Virus record (IMG/VR): IMGVR_UViG_2663763477_000009
DNA from: a virus
Taxonomy: Duplodnaviria > Heunggongvirae > Uroviricota > Caudoviricetes
Length of the DNA: 42,753 nucleotides
Reading direction: 5' to 3' (one strand)
Under the pieces are notes generated by a model, which ran no database searches, was not told where the DNA came from, and saw only the letters and a program-made list of their open reading frames with translations. The position numbers and the translations under genes were made by a program. Every line of letters starts with the position of its first letter. The stretch's first letter is position 1. Positions 10,591-20,583 of this stretch are shown here, piece by piece.

Positions 10591-10688
10591 AATTAAATAT
10601 TCCTTAAAAATTTGCGTAATTGTGAATAGATGGAGTAATGAGCTATCCAGCCCTGACACCAGCTCCCATCCGGAAGCTGACAAATGTG

Positions 10689-11453
10689 TTAATCAACGAT
10701 TGTGATACCGTCTTTCAATGCGTTTTGCTTACCTGCAACATCCAGTGCATCAAAAGCAGAGCGTTTCATCGTTTTCTGACCAATATCATGCTGTGTCGGA
10801 CGGGAGCCGCCGCCATTGTTGCCACTGGCTTTCAGGATGTAGTCTTTCTGAGGGTAATTTTCGACAAGGAACTCCAGCGCCTCATCAAACTGCGCCAGTT
10901 CGCCAGGCTTCGCGCGGGAATAAATTTTGTTGCCGGAAGCGTCATAAGCAACGATCCTCCCTTCTTCCACTTTGAATGCCTGCCCGAAGCGGGCTTGTAA
11001 TAAATCTGCCGGGATCGCAATTTTATCGGCAATATATTTTGAACCCGCAAAACTACCGCCAATCATAGAATCGTAAAGCTGCTTCTCCAGCATCTGAGAG
11101 CGTTGCTTTTCTTCATCTAATTGCTGCTGAAAATTTTTCGTAATTTCTGCCTTAACCTGGTCAACCTGTCCCGCATCGAGCAGCTTTTTCTGGTCGATTT
11201 TTGACAGCATTTCCAGTGCCTCGATCGCCTTCTTCGGGTCTTCGATAGCGGCAAACTTAGCCAGTTTTTCCTCTGCAGCTTCTTTAGCCAGGCGATGATT
11301 TTTTGCCTCGCCATTAAGCTCTGTAATTTTTTTTGTCGCCAGCGGTGCATCGAAGCCAATTTCTTTACCATCGTCGTGCACATAAACTGGCAGGCCAGCA
11401 GTATCAATTTCTGCGTATTGTTTTCCGTTAATCTCGACCGTTTTCAGTTTCAT
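10689..11453 (-). CDS. Head scaffolding protein (putative)
   Basis: Highly charged, Lys/Glu/Ala-rich alpha-helical protein between the head morphogenesis and capsid genes; likely start MKLKTVEING. Confidence 0.55.
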   Translation of the reverse strand: MKLKTVEINGKQYAEIDTAGLPVYVHDDGKEIGFDAPLATKKITELNGEAKNHRLAKEAAEEKLAKFAAIEDPKKAIEALEMLSKIDQKKLLDAGQVDQVKAEITKNFQQQLDEEKQRSQMLEKQLYDSMIGGSFAGSKYIADKIAIPADLLQARFGQAFKVEEGRIVAYDASGNKIYSRAKPGELAQFDEALEFLVENYPQKDYILKASGNNGGGSRPTQHDIGQKTMKRSAFDALDVAGKQNALKDGITIVD

Positions 11454-11557
11454 ATTAGTACCTGGTTTAAGTCTTCCGACAGTTACGCTGCTCACCATCC
11501 GGATCGCAGCAATAAAAAAGGCCACCCGAAGGTAGCCTGTTGTAATAAATGATTTAT

Positions 11558-12673
11558 TTAAATCCCTGCTTTTCTGAATACCTGTGCATCACGCTCACGG
11601 AGCTGCTTCAGCGTCAGCCATTCGCCTTTATCGGTGTAAAATTCATCTGGCGACATACCACCATCCCGAATCAGCTTTGCTCGGCTTTCCCCCACAATCT
11701 GTTTTTGTCTGGTGTAAGGCTGACGCAAAAACCATTCCCTGTAGGTTGTATCTCCGGCCACCACGCCATCCATGCTGGCCCGCTCAGCCGGGGAAATATC
11801 GCGAACATCAATACCCAGTTCCTTCGCTGATTTCAGAATGAACGTTTCCGTTGAGCGGCAGCAGAAATGAATTTTTCCCGGCCCCTGCAAATAAGGCACG
11901 CTGTGACCTACAGGTTTATTATTCAGCGTATATTTGAGGCGATCCCTGATTCGACATTGTGGCGTAGTACGATTATCAAGCGTTGATAACCATTGCTTAC
12001 CCTTAATCAAATCATTATTCGCGCTGGCAAAACTCTCACGGGCAGTAGCAGCAAGATGTCCAACCGCTGTTTTTGCAATGCTGGCCGCATTAGCCCGGCT
12101 CATCTGCAATGCACCATCCTGAAATCCCTTACTGACATGTCCCCGAATTTTTCTTGCGATCTGCTCATTGGTATCCCCCAGCAAAAAACCCTGACGCACT
12201 GTATTTGTTATGCGTCTGAGCCGATCCGCCTCAAGATCTGAGGCCCACTCACTGAGCAGTCGTCCCTGGAATGGTCGCGCCATTGCAGCGGCATAAAGTG
12301 CATCAGGAGAGATACCAACCAGAGGGTGAACATCAGCAACAAAATCAGGTAGCATAGAATCAAACAGACTTAACTGATAACCAGCCTCATAAATTGCCAG
12401 CTCGTTCAGCTCTCCGGAGAGACTGGTAAACATGCTGTTAATAGCAGTGCGGTTAACCTCTCTGACGCTCGCCAGAAGTGACTCCAGGCGCTTAACGGTA
12501 AAACTACCTGGATCGAGGCTGTCCAGTGCTATCAGCAGGCGAGCAGTAAGTTCCGCATCGCTGTCATTCAGTATTTTCACCATTCTGGCAGCCACGCCAG
12601 TGCTATAGCGGGATATCCAGACTGCATGAGCAATTGATTCATCACGCAGCCGTTCATTCACGGTTTGCATCAT
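11558..12673 (-). CDS. Head morphogenesis protein (Mu gpF / SPP1 gp7-like minor capsid protein)
   Basis: 371 aa directly downstream of and overlapping the portal gene, as F-like genes typically are. Confidence 0.75.
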   Translation of the reverse strand: MMQTVNERLRDESIAHAVWISRYSTGVAARMVKILNDSDAELTARLLIALDSLDPGSFTVKRLESLLASVREVNRTAINSMFTSLSGELNELAIYEAGYQLSLFDSMLPDFVADVHPLVGISPDALYAAAMARPFQGRLLSEWASDLEADRLRRITNTVRQGFLLGDTNEQIARKIRGHVSKGFQDGALQMSRANAASIAKTAVGHLAATARESFASANNDLIKGKQWLSTLDNRTTPQCRIRDRLKYTLNNKPVGHSVPYLQGPGKIHFCCRSTETFILKSAKELGIDVRDISPAERASMDGVVAGDTTYREWFLRQPYTRQKQIVGESRAKLIRDGGMSPDEFYTDKGEWLTLKQLRERDAQVFRKAGI

Positions 12674-14060
12674 TGATTTCCATCAGCATTACACTCTGAT
12701 TTTTTAATTCATCGATCACTTCCTCTGGACGGGAATCCTGATCGATAAATTTCAACGCCTGCAACACCCGAACCGCATCAATCTGACGTATATCACCGCC
12801 CTGACGCAATGACTGAACAGCCAGCGCGGAGGATGAGTCAAACACCTGGGCAGATACATCCAGTTCAGTGCGCACATCCACATTGCCACCGCAACTCTCT
12901 CCGATCCATTCCGCCATTATCTGGAGAATATTATCGAGGGCATCTTCGAGGGAGTTCGCCATTGTATAAAGCGGCGAGTTTTCCTGCATTCGCTCTTCAT
13001 TAGTCTGATCAACAGATTTGGTGGATGTATTTTCAGCACGCAGAAGTTTAGCGCCGGCATGACGCATCTGATTTTCCAGCTTCTCAAGTGATGTTTCGCC
13101 AGATTCTATCGCTGCGCCACTATGTTCAACATATTCGAGGCCATTTTTTGTTCTGTCCTCAAAAATCGTAGCGGTGGATGCACCAACCGTCAGTTCTTCA
13201 TTCCTGTCCAGCCCGTAGGCCACCAGCAATGGAACGCGGGCAACATGAAGAATATTGTCCTGCTCGCTCTGGCTTTGCCAGTGCTTGATATTCAGCAAGC
13301 CAAGATTAAGCAATGGCGGTGTACCACGCATAAATCCTGTTTTCTTCGTGTACAGTGTTACCAGAGGAATATCATCACGGCTGGTATTCCATGACTCATG
13401 AAGCGTCCAGACAGATTCGCCATTAGTGCCTTCGCTACGTCGATAAATTTCAACTCGACGGGGCATAATATGGCGGATCTGCTCCACCTTCTTCTGCCCG
13501 AAATCATCACCATCAATAATGATGACCTCTTTTATACGCAAATCAGTGAGAACAACTTTCCCTTTTTCAACTTTCGATTTCCATCCAATAACCTGGCGTG
13601 GATTCAGCATCGTAACGTACGGACGACCACCGGTCGCGTTTTCATCGGCTTTTGTCCGAATCTCTTTCATATCCGTTCGTGGATAGTCCACCAGCGCATG
13701 TGCCACACCATACTGAAATGCGAGGCTGAAAAATTGCTGCGCCCACACATCCAGTCGGCTCCCCTCCATGTCGATATTTTCTGCATATTCCCTGATTTTT
13801 GCCGGCGTTTCCTCACTCAATACTGTCGGCTCTGCAAATATGCGCCCAATATTTTGCTTGATGCTTTCTTCATACACAGGAAGTAGCGTAGCCACAGACA
13901 GGCGTTTTTTATAAGCGTCTTCATCTTCGTTAGGCCATTTTGGGAGATAATTTTCCCCCTGCCTGCGCATTTCAAGCGTACCGCCCATCAGTGCGTCGTT
14001 AATATCCCACGCCTCCAGCATATCGTTATAGTCGAGGTTGGGTGTTGATATATCAGCCAT
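12654..14060 (-). CDS. Portal protein
   Basis: 468-aa acidic protein immediately downstream of the large terminase gene. Confidence 0.85.
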   Translation of the reverse strand: MADISTPNLDYNDMLEAWDINDALMGGTLEMRRQGENYLPKWPNEDEDAYKKRLSVATLLPVYEESIKQNIGRIFAEPTVLSEETPAKIREYAENIDMEGSRLDVWAQQFFSLAFQYGVAHALVDYPRTDMKEIRTKADENATGGRPYVTMLNPRQVIGWKSKVEKGKVVLTDLRIKEVIIIDGDDFGQKKVEQIRHIMPRRVEIYRRSEGTNGESVWTLHESWNTSRDDIPLVTLYTKKTGFMRGTPPLLNLGLLNIKHWQSQSEQDNILHVARVPLLVAYGLDRNEELTVGASTATIFEDRTKNGLEYVEHSGAAIESGETSLEKLENQMRHAGAKLLRAENTSTKSVDQTNEERMQENSPLYTMANSLEDALDNILQIMAEWIGESCGGNVDVRTELDVSAQVFDSSSALAVQSLRQGGDIRQIDAVRVLQALKFIDQDSRPEEVIDELKNQSVMLMEINDANRE

Positions 14061-14062
14061 AA

Positions 14063-15373
14063 TTAAATCCGAAGTGATGTGACTCTTCCGGTCGGTTTGA
14101 CAATAGGGAATTGCTTAACGATGAAATAACCTCCGGCATCATTCGGGTGATCATTGCCAGATTTTTTATCAGGCTCCCCCTTCTCATCCCAGACCTGTTG
14201 CTCCAGAGATTCGGCATATAACGGGCAACGCTTCACATTAACTTTATAGCGACGCTCACCATTGGCATTGCAGAACATTGCATTCATTGAGTTAACGCGA
14301 TCTTTTACTGGCGGGTTCGAGCTGTTCACCACAACGTTAAAACCAGCCTGCTTAAGCTGGGCTATATCCGTCGTACTTGCGTTACTTGATTTTCTGGAAT
14401 CCCCGGAAGCATCTGGATAAATATAAATTTCCCTCACTTTCCGGTAATCATTCCCATCATACAGCCAGAAGCGTTCTTTAATGATGCGGATCATATCCGG
14501 CGTATCGTAGGCATTGATGATTTCAGTTACCGCACATGGAAGCCCCAAACGCAGCACATGGACGATTCCCGCCATCTTTCCAACGTTAAAATCCATCCCA
14601 ATATAAATCGGCTCCCCTGGCTGCTCCACTTCTTCGCAATTATTCAGTTTCCGGTCAAACTGATGGTAAACAGTACCACTTGTCAGGTTAGTAAACTGTC
14701 CTCGAAGATAGGCTTTAATCAGCTCTGGAGGGTATGATTCAAGAAGCGAAGGAATGTAATCTGCTGGCAGGTTCTTTTCATTATCGAAAGTAGATGCCTG
14801 CACCAGACCATACAGTGAGGCCAGCTCTGTTTTTTCACGCACGGCTTTAACAAACTGCTCGTAGACAAATTTGAATCCTTCCGGCGTGGTTGTAACGTCA
14901 ATACCGTTGCGAAGTCCATCAATCTTATAACGCATACGTGCAATTATCTTGCGCCACGCCGTTCTGGCTTTTTCCTTCGGCAAAATGTCCAGTTCATCCA
15001 CCAACGCATTACCAATTTTGAAACCGACGATCGTTTGTGGCTTCTCCATCGATCTGCAGATAGTGGTTCCCCGATACTGGCGTCCGTAATAAAAGTGAAC
15101 CTCTTTATTTCCCTCATTAATTTTTACGTTCAATCCCCAGTCAGCAGCAACTTCTTCCACTGTAGGGTAAAAAATATCGCGAATTTGGGGATACGTTGGC
15201 GCAAAATATCCCTGATTTATACCTGGATGCTCCCAAATCCCCTTGCATATGCCGCCACACCCAACCCATGTTTTGCCCGAGCCAAAACCAGCAATATAGG
15301 CTTTAAATTTATGGGGCATTGAAAGAAATCGCGCCTGAGGCACATTAAGCGTCGGAGAGATCATCTTCATCAC
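14063..15373 (-). CDS. Terminase large subunit
   Basis: Walker A-like GFGSGKT near the N-terminus, acidic nuclease-type C-terminal half, lies upstream of the portal gene. Confidence 0.9.
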   Translation of the reverse strand: MMKMISPTLNVPQARFLSMPHKFKAYIAGFGSGKTWVGCGGICKGIWEHPGINQGYFAPTYPQIRDIFYPTVEEVAADWGLNVKINEGNKEVHFYYGRQYRGTTICRSMEKPQTIVGFKIGNALVDELDILPKEKARTAWRKIIARMRYKIDGLRNGIDVTTTPEGFKFVYEQFVKAVREKTELASLYGLVQASTFDNEKNLPADYIPSLLESYPPELIKAYLRGQFTNLTSGTVYHQFDRKLNNCEEVEQPGEPIYIGMDFNVGKMAGIVHVLRLGLPCAVTEIINAYDTPDMIRIIKERFWLYDGNDYRKVREIYIYPDASGDSRKSSNASTTDIAQLKQAGFNVVVNSSNPPVKDRVNSMNAMFCNANGERRYKVNVKRCPLYAESLEQQVWDEKGEPDKKSGNDHPNDAGGYFIVKQFPIVKPTGRVTSLRI

Positions 15374-16439
15374 TCCTTACTCTGGCATCAACCACATTAA
15401 TATTGATCGCCACAGGCTGGGGATGTTCATTATCTTCCACCGTTTCGATCTCTTTGCGCAGCTTCTGGTTTTCCATTCTGCGCCGTTCAATTTCCAGTTC
15501 CCGTAGCCGCTTATCTGCACATAAAGCCCCGCCAGCAGAAAACAAACGCAACAATTCACGCCGGGCGGCAGCCTTATCCTCCAGCAGGATCTCAACGCCG
15601 AATTTTCCGAATTTTGCCCCTGCATATAATTGCCGCGCATCCCCATCAAGCAGAGTGGTATCAGCCATATAAAGCTGTCCCGTTCCCTCACCGCAGCACT
15701 TCGGGCAGTCCGGATTGGGTATGGCGTTATCAACAAAGCCGAGGCCTCCATATTCCGGTTCGGGTTTGCCATCTCTGGAAGCCTGCGCCGCTGCCTTGTC
15801 GAATTCTGCTATATCGCGCCACTGGTAGAGATGATTCTCGACCCAGCAATAACGGCAGTTAACACGGCGAAATTGTGCAAGCTGATTGGGGTCGGCCAGG
15901 ACAATAGCCATCAACTGACTCACTAGTAAATCCAGGTCTGCGGTATAGCGTTTCTGGTACTGATTGCGGAAGTAGCTGATAGCGCGAAAAACCCTGGCAT
16001 TTCTAAGCATACGACTGGCGTTGCTGTTAGCTGTCGCACCTTGCCCCTCATAACCGGCTAGTCGGTACGCCTCTGTCGGCTTTTTACCCTGAGCAACAAG
16101 CATCGCAAACTTAGCCTGCTGGTCAGAAATGCCGAATTCATCGGGACAGAACGAAAATTCCTCCGCGTCGCCCTCATTCAGGCCCGCATCGAATACTGGC
16201 TTTTTTTCCTGAGATTTTTCGTTCCGCTTTTGTGCAGTCTGCGCAGATTTTTTCTGCGCACTTTTTTGCGCAGTTTTGCACATTTCTGTCTGCGCATTTT
16301 TCGGAGTTTTTTTGATGTAACGACGGGCTGTTGCGTAATTCAGTCCCCTTGCTTCACACCATGCCACCGGAGATATACCGGAGCGGGTGTATTCAGCAAT
16401 ATACTCCTGCTGCAACGCCCCCCAGTCCGGTCTGCTCAT
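15345..16439 (-). CDS. Terminase small subunit (putative, N-terminal HTH)
   Basis: 364 aa, overlaps the start of the large terminase gene; N-terminal DNA-binding-like region and Cys-containing C-terminal region. Confidence 0.55.
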   Translation of the reverse strand: MSRPDWGALQQEYIAEYTRSGISPVAWCEARGLNYATARRYIKKTPKNAQTEMCKTAQKSAQKKSAQTAQKRNEKSQEKKPVFDAGLNEGDAEEFSFCPDEFGISDQQAKFAMLVAQGKKPTEAYRLAGYEGQGATANSNASRMLRNARVFRAISYFRNQYQKRYTADLDLLVSQLMAIVLADPNQLAQFRRVNCRYCWVENHLYQWRDIAEFDKAAAQASRDGKPEPEYGGLGFVDNAIPNPDCPKCCGEGTGQLYMADTTLLDGDARQLYAGAKFGKFGVEILLEDKAAARRELLRLFSAGGALCADKRLRELEIERRRMENQKLRKEIETVEDNEHPQPVAININVVDARVRSDEDDLSDA

Positions 16440-16442
16440 CAG

Positions 16443-16694
16443 TTAGTCCTGATTTTTATCCACCCTGAGTAGTTCGCGCAGAGCAAAGGCATCCCCTTTT
16501 CTGGCAAGCTTAAACAATGCCGCTCGTAACTCGGCTTCACCTTTCGCTCTGCCCTTACGGATGGCCGCATAAAAATCTGTCATTGCTTCCCGATTTTCTT
16601 TCAGTCGGTTCAGATCAACATCCAGAACGTCAGCGATTTGTTGTGCAGTCATCCGGCACGCTGCCAGAGACTCGACTTTCGAATACGGAATCAT
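16443..16694 (-). CDS. Small hypothetical protein, possibly DNA-binding
   Basis: 83-aa basic helical ORF immediately upstream of the terminase genes. Confidence 0.4.
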   Translation of the reverse strand: MIPYSKVESLAACRMTAQQIADVLDVDLNRLKENREAMTDFYAAIRKGRAKGEAELRAALFKLARKGDAFALRELLRVDKNQD

Positions 16695-17580
16695 TTGTCA
16701 CCCCCATTGATATGCAGGGTGTCTTCTTCCTGTATTTTTCGTGAAGGATTTTTACTGCAGCGTTGTTCCAGGTGACCTGATGGTGAATGCGTTTATGACT
16801 GGCACCCATAAGTGAGATTTTTACGCACGACGGCGCATACATGACGGAGTAAAAACTTTTAACGTAGGTTCCGGAATCCAGATACAGCTCGGTCATTCCG
16901 CCGCTGTTTTTCTGCGTCTGTTTCTGCCCTAACTGGACAGCACCGATCGTCATAAACAATTCACCACAGCGACCGAGATTCGTGTACGTATTCACATCCT
17001 CGTTAATGCGCCCCATGAATGAGAACGGTCGATCAACCGAACAGATAAAGCTGTTCATTGCCTTGCGTTTCACCCACGAAGCATGGCCGCCATTGTCACC
17101 AAGAAAATCCCCGCCCTGCGACATAGCGATGGAAAGAGCAGGTATTGATTCGTAGTACGCAAGCATTTCAGAAAGGATCTCATCCAGTTTCCTTATCGGG
17201 AAATAGGCCTGGTCATAGTTGCGATCCACCCGAAACTGGAACTCGTGATAATCATCATCGAGCTGAATGAAGTATTTACACCCGACCAGTTTTGCCTGGT
17301 CGAAACAGGCATTACGGGCGTAAAAAATTGAGCGGCGGTCACTAAAATTATCGGCTTCGTCAAAACGACTAGCAATATCGGCTTTGGAAAATACCAGCAC
17401 CTGTTCACCAAATTCAGCCATGTACTGATGCCGTGTCTTATCTTCATCATCAACAACGATAAAAATTTTCCCGGTATAGCCAGCACGACGCAACGTCCGG
17501 TAAGTCAGAACTTTGTCCGGTCGCCCGTGAGTCAGAATAAAGGCGCAAAAATCATCACGCATATTCCTCCTCCCCGCCAT
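16630..17580 (-). CDS. Hypothetical protein with GT-A-like features (possible nucleotide-sugar transferase)
   Basis: 316 aa with an N-terminal ILTHGRP...IFIVVDDED segment and a downstream QLDDDY (DxD-like) motif; functional call is tentative. Confidence 0.35.
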   Translation of the reverse strand: MAGRRNMRDDFCAFILTHGRPDKVLTYRTLRRAGYTGKIFIVVDDEDKTRHQYMAEFGEQVLVFSKADIASRFDEADNFSDRRSIFYARNACFDQAKLVGCKYFIQLDDDYHEFQFRVDRNYDQAYFPIRKLDEILSEMLAYYESIPALSIAMSQGGDFLGDNGGHASWVKRKAMNSFICSVDRPFSFMGRINEDVNTYTNLGRCGELFMTIGAVQLGQKQTQKNSGGMTELYLDSGTYVKSFYSVMYAPSCVKISLMGASHKRIHHQVTWNNAAVKILHEKYRKKTPCISMGVTNDSVFESRVSGSVPDDCTTNR

Positions 17581-18343
17581 GCATGATCTCCACCATGCGC
17601 TGCGTCATTCGGACAAATCCATTTTCAATAGCCTGCTGATAATCAATGATCACCAGCGCCGACTCCTCGAAAAGGCACTGAATTTCAGCGGGGGCATGAG
17701 CGTAATAGTCCGCAATTCTGCTGAAATTAAACACCGTGTGACGTTCTGCTGCACACAGGAGGAATTTCTCAATATCAGGATCAAGGGACGCCGAACGTAT
17801 CCGGCTGATCAGCTCCTGAGTTTTCGTATCGTCGTACAGTTCACTGATATCCGGTTTACCGCCTGACGGCTCATAAACAGGCGTATCAATTTTCGTCGTA
17901 TACGGCTCCTCCTCATTTCCTGTACCGGGCAAAACATCCGTCAACAGTTCATCAATTTCTGCCGGGATGAAGCCTGTCAGGGAGACATCAAAATCAGCAT
18001 TGATTAGGTCCGACAGCTCCATCCGCAACAGATCTTCATCCCAGCCAGCATTCATCGGCAGGCGATTATCTGCCAGGCGGTACGCCTTTTTCTGCTCATC
18101 CGTCAGGCCAGACAGAACAATGACCGGAACAGAATCCATTTTGAGCATTTCAGCCGCCATAACACGACCGTGACCCGCAATAATTTCGCCCTTTTCGTCA
18201 ATCAGCACCGGATTAGTCCAGCCGAATTGCTTAATACTTTCTACCAGTTGTGCCACCTGCTCAGTACTGTGCGTCCTGGCGTTGTGCGCATACGGTGACA
18301 ATTCTTGTAATGGGCGATAGACTATCTTTAATTTCTCGCTCAT
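17555..18343 (-). CDS. ParB/Srx-like nuclease domain protein
   Basis: N-terminal region IVYRPLQELSPYAHNARTHS...IIAGHGR typical of the ParB N-terminal fold; acidic C-terminus. Confidence 0.75.
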   Translation of the reverse strand: MSEKLKIVYRPLQELSPYAHNARTHSTEQVAQLVESIKQFGWTNPVLIDEKGEIIAGHGRVMAAEMLKMDSVPVIVLSGLTDEQKKAYRLADNRLPMNAGWDEDLLRMELSDLINADFDVSLTGFIPAEIDELLTDVLPGTGNEEEPYTTKIDTPVYEPSGGKPDISELYDDTKTQELISRIRSASLDPDIEKFLLCAAERHTVFNFSRIADYYAHAPAEIQCLFEESALVIIDYQQAIENGFVRMTQRMVEIMHGGEEEYA

Positions 18344-18480
18344 ACAGCCTTGCTTTATGAATAAAACGCACCCCAGCAGCCAGTGCTACTGGGGGCGGAG
18401 GTGTTGCTGGTAAAGTTAGGTATTGGATCAATGAGTGAGTCAACATAATATTAAACTCACAATTATAAATCAGCCATATA

Positions 18481-19956
18481 TTAGGAGCGCCAAAAAAAAC
18501 CTGAAAACAATATAATAACAGGATAAATTTCAAGGCGACCAAGAATCATAGCTATGCACATTAAATATTTTGCAATGTCATTAAGCACTCCGAATGACGA
18601 TGCAGTAGCCCCAAAACCTAATCCCATATTATTAATACATGCAGCCACTGTTGCAAATGATGTAAGAAAATCATATCCCATACCATTTAACACCAGTATA
18701 AAAAACACCGTGAAGAGAGTATAAAGAAAAAAGAAACTCCATACAGACCTCATTACACGATCTGTAACTATCTTCCCTCCTACATTTACACTCAACAACG
18801 CTCTGGGATGAGAAAGCTGATTTATCTCGTGTTTGCTTTGTTTGAAAAGTATAAGAAATCGAAGTGACTTAATTCCACCACAGGTTGAACCTATACATCC
18901 CCCAAAGAAACTTGACAACAGCAAAAACACTATCGTGTGCGTGGGCCAGTTTGCATAATCCTGCGTAGCTAAACCATTATCAGTGAGCATGGAGCTGGCA
19001 AGAAAAAACGAATGAATAAAACTTCCATGCAAGTCATACATACCTATATGCCAGACCTGGAAAGAGGTAACAATGATCACCCCTAAGGCTATTAACAGAA
19101 AGAAACGAAGTTCAATATCTCTGATTAAAGGTTTTATCGTTTTTCTGCTAATAACAATATACCAAAGAGTGAAGTTGAAAGCCGATAGCAGGGAAAAAGA
19201 ACCAGCCACCAGCTCAACCAAATAGTTATTAAAATATCCGATACTCTCGCTATGAGTTGAGAAACCACCAAGCGAAACTGTGGAAATCCCGTGACAAATA
19301 GCATCAAACAAAGGCATTCCTGCAAGTCTATAACAGACAATACAAGCAATACCTAATAAAGAATAAGTTATCCACAGTGTCCGTGACGTATCGGCCAGGC
19401 GGGGAGTGAGTTTGTCATCCTTAAATGGCCCCGGCATTTCTGACTGATAAAGCTTTGCACCACCAATACCCAATAATGGCAATACTGCAACCGCCAGAAC
19501 AATAACTCCTAAACCACCTATAAAATTTAACTGTGACCGATAGTACAAATATGCCCGAGGTAATGAACTAACATCATCAATTACAGTTGCTCCTGTTGTT
19601 GTTATTCCAGAAACCCCTTCAAACAGAGCATCAATGAACGTTAAATTAAGTTCTGAGTCAATCCATAAAGGGAATGCACTAATAACAGAAAACAAAATCC
19701 AAAACATTACAATTATAATAAACCCATCACGGGTACGTAATTGAATGCCAGATTTCTTAGTTGTATACCACGCTCCGCCACCAATGCAAAAAAATATAAC
19801 GAAAGTTATAAAGAAAACGAACAGGCTTTTTTCTTTATAAAACAATGCTACAACCATTGGTGGCAACATTGAAAGACTATAGAGCCAAACCAGGAACCCA
19901 CACATATGAGTAACAACTCTTACATGAGATGTATTCATATCTAAATATTCTTTCAA
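18481..19956 (-). CDS. trkG: Trk-family potassium uptake membrane protein TrkG (copy 1, full length)
   Basis: 491-aa polytopic membrane protein that I recognise as the prophage-borne TrkH paralogue TrkG. Confidence 0.9.
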   Translation of the reverse strand: MKEYLDMNTSHVRVVTHMCGFLVWLYSLSMLPPMVVALFYKEKSLFVFFITFVIFFCIGGGAWYTTKKSGIQLRTRDGFIIIVMFWILFSVISAFPLWIDSELNLTFIDALFEGVSGITTTGATVIDDVSSLPRAYLYYRSQLNFIGGLGVIVLAVAVLPLLGIGGAKLYQSEMPGPFKDDKLTPRLADTSRTLWITYSLLGIACIVCYRLAGMPLFDAICHGISTVSLGGFSTHSESIGYFNNYLVELVAGSFSLLSAFNFTLWYIVISRKTIKPLIRDIELRFFLLIALGVIIVTSFQVWHIGMYDLHGSFIHSFFLASSMLTDNGLATQDYANWPTHTIVFLLLSSFFGGCIGSTCGGIKSLRFLILFKQSKHEINQLSHPRALLSVNVGGKIVTDRVMRSVWSFFFLYTLFTVFFILVLNGMGYDFLTSFATVAACINNMGLGFGATASSFGVLNDIAKYLMCIAMILGRLEIYPVIILFSGFFWRS

Positions 19957-20075
19957 TTATAACCACCTTGCTGCAATATTATGATTATACTGTATAAAAT
20001 TTAACTCCTCTTAGATCTTACTTCACTGTTCCTTATGAAACAATCATCAAAATGAATCATATTGTAGTTAAGATT

Positions 20076-20552
20076 TTACTTTAAACACTGCTCGGTTATG
20101 TATTGCTGAGCACCTTCAAGTTGGGCCTGCATCATTACCAGTCGTTCCCGGAGGGTGAAATAATCCCGTTCAGCGGTGTCTGCCAGTCGGGGGCTGGTTG
20201 CATTATCCACGCCGGAGGCGGTGGTGGCTTCACGCACTGACTGACAGACTGCTTTGATGTGCAACCGACGACGACCAGCGGCAACATCATCACGCAGAGC
20301 ATCATTTTCAGCTTTCGCATCAGCTAACTCCTTCGTGTATTTTGCATCGAGCGCAGCAACATCACGCTGACGCATCTGCATGTCAGTAATTGCCGCGTTC
20401 GCCAGCTTCAGTTCTCTGGCATTTTTGTCGCGCTGGGCTTTGTAGGTAATGGCGTTATCACGGTAATGATTAACAGCCCATGACAGGCAGACGATGATGC
20501 AGATAACCAGAGCGGAGATAATCGCGGTGACTCTGCTCATTGCTGCCCCCAC
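20076..20552 (-). CDS. rzpR: Spanin inner-membrane subunit Rz (copy 1; without an adjacent holin/endolysin)
   Basis: 158 aa with an N-terminal TM segment and coiled-coil periplasmic domain; Rz1 is embedded in the +1 frame. Confidence 0.85.
20135..20320 (-). CDS. rzoR: Spanin outer-membrane lipoprotein Rz1 (copy 1), embedded in Rz
   Basis: 61 aa with lipobox VVGC and a Pro-rich tail ([14 protein letters not shown]), entirely inside the Rz frame. Confidence 0.8.
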   Translation of the reverse strand: MRKLKMMLCVMMLPLVVVGCTSKQSVSQCVKPPPPPAWIMQPAPDWQTPLNGIISPSGNDW

Positions 20553-20583
20553 AAACAGACTTCACGCTCAATCTCACGACGAG

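Noticed and set aside
18261-18542. 93-aa minus-strand ORF between trkG and the ParB-like gene
   Set aside because: It overlaps the 5' end of the ParB-like gene in another frame and the 3' end of trkG, and its translation is low-complexity; considered spurious.
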